Shown here piece after piece: positions 57,395 to 64,000 of a stretch of 64,000 nucleotides of DNA. Numbering within the stretch: the first letter of the stretch is position 1; every line of letters starts with the position of its first letter. The stretch is from NCBI GenBank assembly GCA_973895155.1, contig OZ316894.1, positions 19,630,805 through 19,694,804 on the forward strand, in the 5' to 3' direction. The notes beneath the pieces are model-generated. The model had not been told where the DNA came from and did not search any database. It saw nothing but the letters and a program-made list of their open reading frames with translations. Position numbers and translations under genes: made by a program. This DNA comes from Marsupella aquatica (Eukaryota; Plantae; Marchantiophyta).

Positions 57395-57952
57395 AGAATT
57401 CCATGTTTGAACCCGCCTCCTGAGGTAGGCATCATATTATAGACTGCGAATTTCATGCCTGAACTCCCCTCCTGAGGTAGGCCAGAATGTGGAGGTCCAA
57501 GGGGCAAAGGCGGCAAACTTCCAGCCATTGAGGTCTTGACCTATGAAATCGGAATAAAGCAAAATGGCTTCATGCCACTACAGCATAGCACCAGTAGGTA
57601 AGAGATAACTTAGGGTTGCAAAAGAAAAGGTAGCTTACAAGCAAGAGAACCCTAAGGTTTTGCGAGTGCAGATTTGGATGAAGATCTCATGGGACATAGG
57701 AGAGACTTGACCTAAAATTGGTATTCCAGTCTCAAAATGGTCCTGAAATCTAGAAAAAGTTTGGTCACGTACATTTTAATAATATTCTTCGAGTATGGTG
57801 GTGTAAATATTGTATATAGATTGTCTTTAAAATTAAGGAATGAAAACAGGAGAATAATATTCTGGCCTTGCCTTACTTCCTAAATTGCAAAACATAAAAT
57901 GTTTTGCCCAAGCCCTGTGCAAACCAAGATGGCACAAGGGTAGTGTACTCCC

Positions 57953-58400
57953 CAGTCAACAATACTCCACTTACACTTTTACAGTAATCTTTGCCACAGT
58001 CAACAACATTGCATTCACACTTTCACAGTAGTTTTTATTGCAGTCAACAATACTGCATTTACACTTTTACAACTCTGTGCCGCAGTCAACAATGCTGTAT
58101 GTACACTTTACACCAGAATTTACCACAGTGGCTTTACGCTTTTATGCCATTCTTTACCGCAGGCAGCAGGACTCCATTTACACTTTTACAATTGTCATTA
58201 CTGCAGTCAACAATACTGCATTTCCACTTTTACAGCCTTCTTTATCACTGTCAAGAACACTCCATTTACGCTTATGTACCAGTTTTTATTACAGTTAACA
58301 ATACTGCGTTTACAGTTTTACAGTAATCAACGAAATAGCATTTCCACTTTCAAACAGTCTTTATGACAGTCACCAATACTACGTTTACACCCTTACAGTA
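57953..58400. repeat. Degenerate ~44-bp tandem array, about 10 units
   Basis: Consensus cagtcaacaatactgcatttacacttttacag plus ~12 variable nt. Confidence 0.85.
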
Positions 58401-59437
58401 GTAATGCTGAACGGAGGAACGAAATAAAGTCCAGTGAATGCCAAACAGATGTGACATGACCTGACTTGAAAGAATGCAATGGGGCCATGTATACAGTTGT
58501 ACAGTAGTTAGTGTCTCTGTAATAAGCTGGGCCCCTACATCTGACGGTAGGCCGGAATACGACACGCTACGTGCCATCACCCGATGCTGGATGGATATAT
58601 GTGGAGCGAGGCCGAGATCGACGGTGCATATGGGTCCGATGTCGAGCTAGATTCCTAATCGACGGTATTCGCTCACGACGGCCCCACAACTACGGAGGCT
58701 AGACATGAGGGGGACCACTCCGGCCCTACGGTAAACTACCCGCGGGATTTATAAGTAACCCATTATTCCGTTTAGGAAACTGACGCCTTCAATCCCACAG
58801 GTGGACGGCTCAGACGCCATGGGATAAATCAAGAAATAGATTTGATTTTTGTTGGCTCTTGTATAGTCTATCCTATTTAAGAAAAGTGGCGCCGTCAATT
58901 CAACAGCAGGACGGCTCAGATGGCATGGGAGAAATTGAGAAATAAATTAATATTTGTGGGGCTCTACCATATTCTTCCATTGGCATTGAAGCATGAAGTC
59001 ATTGTATTGAGGCATGAAGTCATTTGCGAGAGCAGCGAGACGTTCTGCCAATTGGTGTGGTAGCCAGCTTTTTAACACAAACTCATCACTGAACTTGTCT
59101 TACGAGTTACTTACAGTCCTTAATAAATCATGTTTCCCCACCTGAGCCGTCTACAATAGCTGCTGGGCTTTGCTGCTTGGGTGTGGTTTGCTCGTTTGGG
59201 GGAAAACCCATCCCCCACGCATGTGCACTCTCCATGTGGATCCCTTGCGGTGTCACTACAACCCCCAAGTGTTTTTCATATAATGTGGCAGTACAAAATA
59301 AATAATCAAATTTCATTAGATTCTCACCCACCCTGCAATCAAATAATCAAAATATTGCTTGCTACCAAGGCATCATGGGCGATAATCCCTCAAGACTTAG
59401 GCTAAAGCCCTGGTTTATTTTGAATTTTTTTACTTTA

Positions 59438-60035
59438 AGAACAATGAACAAATCATTGCTCTACATCCAAATGCCCTAGAAAAATTCTTTAAGAGCAATG
59501 ATCAAATTAGTGTTCTACATTTAATGTCTAGAATTTTCTTTAAAAACAATGAACAAATCAGTGTTGTACATCCAGATGCCTAGAAACTTGTAAAATAAGC
59601 ATACTGAATATTCCCCAAGTTTCACAAATAATTACAGTAATTGTTTTTTGAGCCCACTCACCGTCCCTCATGTATACTAAACTACAAACATAAAGTAATC
59701 AGATTTGGGTATCGCAAATGGTATTAGGTCATGGGTCATTGGCTCTCCTCCTAGAGGCTGCCTTACAGGGCCACTGTAGCCCTTTAAAAGCAATCCATAC
59801 ACCGAATCGAATATGTCGTTGCTCTAGAAAACAAGCACACTGAATTTCTCCTCGAGTTTCACAAACACCCCTAAAATTTTGTTCCCAAGTTTCACAAATA
59901 ATTAACTGTTTTTAAAGCCCTCTCATCGCCCGACCTGAACCCTAAACTACACTAACCCACAAATATAATGTAATCAGATTTCGGTATCGCAAAAAGGGCT
60001 TAGGTCATTGGGCCATTGCCCCTCTTCCTCCCTAT
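59438..60035. repeat. Nested local duplications (three ~50-55-bp units, then a ~200-bp diverged pair)
   Basis: caatga(a/t)caaat...tacat three times; cccaagtttcacaaataatta...gtaatcagattt...gtatcgcaaa...taggtcat twice. Confidence 0.7.
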
Positions 60036-62964
60036 AGGCCGCCTCACTTGGCGAGTGTAGGGCCGGGCCCACCATGCACTTTTCCGTCGTCAGGGCCAGT
60101 TCGCCACGTGGGCCAGGGCTGAGGTAAGCAAACCTCTACCGCGGTTCGAACTTCGAAACCCGAGTGAGTAGAGAGTCCCAGAGTCCGAGGAGACGACGTG
60201 TGGACTCTGGACCTCCTTCCTTCTTCTTCTGCAGTTCTGCTGCTGCGAAAATCTCTGTTTGGAGTACAGTGCAACAAACTTGTGGTGATGAGACTGACGA
60301 ATGACGATGATGCCCTCCAGTGCTCCTGATGCTCCTGCCAATTCCGCCACTGCGCTGCTGGATTCTGGTGCGGTGCGCTCGATGATGAGAGGTGGTGGTG
60401 AGCGGACTTGTGGCGGTGGAGGCGGAGCGGAGAGCTGAGCTGAGCTGAGCTGAGTGAGCGGAGCGGAGAGGATCAGTGGAGCTTGAGCTTCAGCTTCAGC
60501 AAAAGCTTTGAGCTGCTGCTGCCGGGAAAGGGAAAGGGAAAAGGAAAAGGCGAAGAGAACGAATTAAATATAGATTGGGAGATCGTTCTCCCGGGAGAAT
60601 GGCGAGACTAGATCCGAGAGATGCGAGAGGGATTGATTCTTGTTGCTGGGGGTGGCGGAGTTGTGTCTGGCCGTCGTCGTTGCCTGGAGCGCAAGCGTTG
60701 GGACTTGGATTGGCGTGGGATGGGGAGTAGTTGAGCCAGGCGGACGGAAGGAAGGAAGGGAGGGAGGAAGGGAGGAGGGAGGAATTGGAAGGGAGGGGAC
60801 GAAACCGACGAGAAGCGACAGACGTGCGGTGTTTCGCGAGAGGAATTCGGAAGAGTCGGACTGGGTGGGCTGGGTTGTTGTGGACGGGAGTAGCGGAGCA
60901 TTGGAACGGGATATTATTTGCAATTCCGCCAGTGTCTGACTCTGGGTTGCTCGGAAGTATCGAGGAGAGGAGAGGAGAGGAGAGCAGAGGAGAGGAGAGG
61001 AGAGGGTGGTGGGCAAAGAAGAGGACGCCTGCCTGGTGGGTAGCCTGGACGAATCTTTCGTCAGGCTACTTTGTGTTGGAATTGGACCGGTTGATGGATT
61101 TGGTGTGGCTGACACGGACCGTGTTACCGTGTGTGGGAGTTGGAGTTGAGAGTTTGTGAGAGTGAGAGAGGGAGAGAGGGAGAAAGACGGTGAGAGAACG
61201 AGAGAGAGAGAGAACTCTTGCCGGTAGGATTTTATGATGGAGCAGGGGACGGGGGTTTGGAGAGATTGCGTCCGGACATTTTACTTTCGTGTGAGTCCTG
61301 TTTAGTTTGTCGGGAGGATAGATAGGGAAGTTTGCGTTTGCGTACAAGATTTGGGCACTCTCGCTTTTCCTTTTTCTAGTTTTCGAATGGGAATCGTGGG
61401 GGAGAGATAGATAGATCGATAGGGCTGAGGGATTGAGTGAAGAAGGGCTTTCGGCACGAGTCAGTCACCGCCGTCATCATCTCGGGCTGTGACTGATTGT
61501 GCGTGACAAGCGAGAGGTAGTGGTGTGATAGTGAGGCACGAGGTTGAAGAAAGTGCAGAGCAGGGGTAAGAACTTTCATTGGATTTCATGCAAGAGCTCG
61601 AGTTCTTAGAGAGCAGTCAAGGTGTCTTTGTGAGTCCGGGTTCCTTGGCCAGGTTTCTTCCACCTGCAACTCAGCGGTCTTCTAAGGAGGTGCCCACTCC
61701 ACGGAAGAATGTTTCAGTTGTCTGGCCAGTTTCCCGGGTGCCTGAGAGTTGTAGTTAGCGGCCGAGGACGTGCCATCAGATTCCCCTTTTTCTTCCTCGA
61801 GTATTTTTGAGCATTGTCATCCTTTTGCAGTTGTTACCGACACAGGCCAAGGACGAGACGGCGTGCAGCACCGGAAGAGTTTTATTATGACGCTAGACTT
61901 GTCTCTCTGTCCTGTTCTGTTCCCATCCATGAGAATTCGGTAGCTCTTTTGCTGCCCCTTCCCCCCGCGGTCCCTCCTACTAGGTGGGAGATGTGGCTTG
62001 GTCTCTGGCATGACATGGAATTGCTGCTTTTTCCATTACAGATGCGAATTCCGTGGGGGATCCTTGCTGGAGAAGGAGATTCGGTAATCGCCCACTACCA
62101 CCATAATAGCTGCTGCTCGTTGGCGAAGAAGCGACGGAGTGGATTCCTGAATGGGAATGCTGCCTTCAGCAGATTGCACGGTGATAAAGAACCTGCAGCT
62201 TTTGATGTGGAAAGGGGTGTGGGATCTCGTTGATTGGATGAGGATGGGATGCGGTTGGGTCTGAGTTCTAGTAGCGTTGCTTTTTGAACAAATGTTTGTT
62301 TCAGTCAGACCGCTCATGAGACCCTCGTTCTCTGCTTGATCTGGATGAATCGGTCGATGCCGAGCAACACCTTCCGCTCGAGGGAAATTCTTGCGACATG
62401 GAATCATAGTTACACAGATAGATAGATAGATAGATAGGGTGAGGGAGAGATTGGTGTGTTGTCACCAACAACATCTTTCTTGGGCATCCAGCGGAAGCCC
62501 GCAGTCAATGGGCTCCGTTCGTTGTTGTTAAACCGTGCTCTGTGGCACGGGAAGAATCTGGTTGCGGAACTCACCACGCAACACAACGCCCCAAAGCCTC
62601 TACCTCTGGGGTTTGGAACTTAGATCAAAATTGGTTTTGGATGTTGGGTTGGGGTATGGGTATGGGTATGGTGCATATGATGACGTTGACGATGACACAC
62701 TGGAAGAACTATGGGTGACCGAAGCAACAGCAATTTAGTTGGGAGCATGAATTGTTTTTGTACAACTTTCCCATTCTTGGGATTGTAGGTTTCACGTGAA
62801 CGACAGAAAATTGCTCAAGGCCATAATGCTCTGCGGGAACTGAACTTATAACGTATTGGGACAGATTAGTATTAGAGAAGAAGAAAATTGTTGTGCCCTA
62901 GAGTTGTTTGTTGTCGGACGAGTCTCAAGCAACAGAGAGAGCGACCTCAACAAAAGCAACAACC

Positions 62965-64000
62965 ATGGGGCTTCCGCACGAGGAAGTGGTAGCGGAGGGT
63001 GCTGTGGTGGTGGGGCGTGGCGCTGGTGAAGGATCCCAGCAGCCCCACTACTACCGAACGGAGGAGATCAACGACATCAACAGCAGACGGGTCGGTAGTA
63101 GTGGTAGTCATGAGAGAGGAGGGGCAACTCCGGCGACTGTGATAAAAGGGGTGGATCCTGTGGGCCGGAAGGGGTTTATCGAGTTTTGTGAATGTGGCAG
63201 CAGGAGTGGGAGTGCCAGCCTATCTCCCGACCAGCCATACAATGCAGCCCATAGCAATGACCTCGAAGAAGAAGGGGTTTGGGAATATGGGTATCCTCCA
63301 GTCGTCGGTGGTGGGAGAGGCCAGGTTAATGGCCGTTCTCTCAAAACCCTTCAAAGTACAGGCGCACCCTCGTCCATCATCGTGGGCTTTGACTCTCCTC
63401 GGGCTACTTGTTCGCCACAATTAAAACCCTCCTTAATTGTAAGCAGGGAGTCCGCATTTACTGGTTTGCAGCCAGATTGTGGCAGCAGTCTTGCTTCCCC
63501 CCGTGGCGAATACCATGGATCTTCCACAAGGAAAGGGACATCTTCTCCCCTCGCCAGCATGCTGTCGTCTGAACAGAATGACGGAATTTTGGAATTTTCT
63601 GCAGAGGAGGAGTCCGATTCGTGTAAGGAGAGGGTCAGTCAGGATGACGACGAAGACGATGCTGTGAGTAGTCCAATTATAGTCACCGGGCTGTTCAACA
63701 GGGACCGAGTCCCGGTTACAGTAGATGGAAGCAATCCAGTTCCCATACCTGGAGCAGTAGATAGGAATCGCAGTGGAGTGATAACTAGGGAAACTGATGG
63801 GCCTGTGCTCTCCCCTAGAGTGGTAGTGAATTACAGACAACCGCAGCGCTCTGATCTCCCTTCGGCGTTCTCAGCCAGTAATCCAGGGAGGTTGGTGGAG
63901 CAATGCAGGCTTGGAAACAGTGACTGTACCTCGAAATGGTCTCCCTCTCCGCGACCAGGAATGTCTTCATTCTTGTCGTTGTCTCCACTCGGTCCACGAT
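62965..64000 (+). CDS. Unknown protein, Ser/Gly/Pro/acidic-rich N-terminal region, runs off the window
   Basis: 345 stop-free codons from aaccATGG (MGLPHEEVVAEG...SPLGPR), translated manually; absent from the ORF track because it has no stop; no recognisable domain. Confidence 0.7.
   Translation, partial: MGLPHEEVVAEGAVVVGRGAGEGSQQPHYYRTEEINDINSRRVGSSGSHERGGATPATVIKGVDPVGRKGFIEFCECGSRSGSASLSPDQPYNAAHSNDLEEEGVWEYGYPPVVGGGRGQVNGRSLKTLQSTGAPSSIIVGFDSPRATCSPQLKPSLIVSRESAFTGLQPDCGSSLASPRGEYHGSSTRKGTSSPLASMLSSEQNDGILEFSAEEESDSCKERVSQDDDEDDAVSSPIIVTGLFNRDRVPVTVDGSNPVPIPGAVDRNRSGVITRETDGPVLSPRVVVNYRQPQRSDLPSAFSASNPGRLVEQCRLGNSDCTSKWSPSPRPGMSSFLSLSPLGPR

Noticed and set aside
57953-58400. CRISPR array
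   Set aside because: Repeats are degenerate, linkers are only ~12 nt and mutually similar, the context is eukaryotic and no cas genes are present.
60076-60898. ATG-free minus-strand leader or ORF 60564-61115
   Set aside because: Explained by G/A-rich composition; no downstream minus-strand coding exons were recognised.

Overview
Eukaryotic, plant nuclear DNA, most plausibly from a non-seed land plant (inferred from protein style and short GT-AG introns). Four host genes lie on the + strand: the 3' part of an intronless group-IV CDPK (CPK16/18/28 clade), a 9-exon BAM2-type beta-amylase, a 7-exon RluA/RluD-family pseudouridine synthase, and the start of a long low-complexity ORF running off the right edge. 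The two strongest signals are these. (1) An intact BED zinc-finger ORF sits inside the 4.4-kb first intron of the beta-amylase, on the same strand, with an NLS-like basic patch followed by a phase-0 GT donor that would splice in frame onto the catalytic exons. This suggests a dual-promoter gene making a plastid amylase and a nuclear BED-BAM protein, analogous to BZR1-BAMs. (2) A decayed 9.9-kb Ty3/Gypsy-type element (31716-41611, - strand) encodes gag-ZnK-protease-[DNMT3-like cytosine methyltransferase]-RT-RNaseH-integrase-[PHD finger]. It is bounded by short inverted termini and a 4-bp TSD, with no visible LTR pair. The rest is MITEs (six CTCGGGGG-ended, 8-bp-TSD elements), two solo LTRs, a tRNA-derived SINE family, tandem arrays and one long hairpin. 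All calls are from manual reading; no database searches were run.
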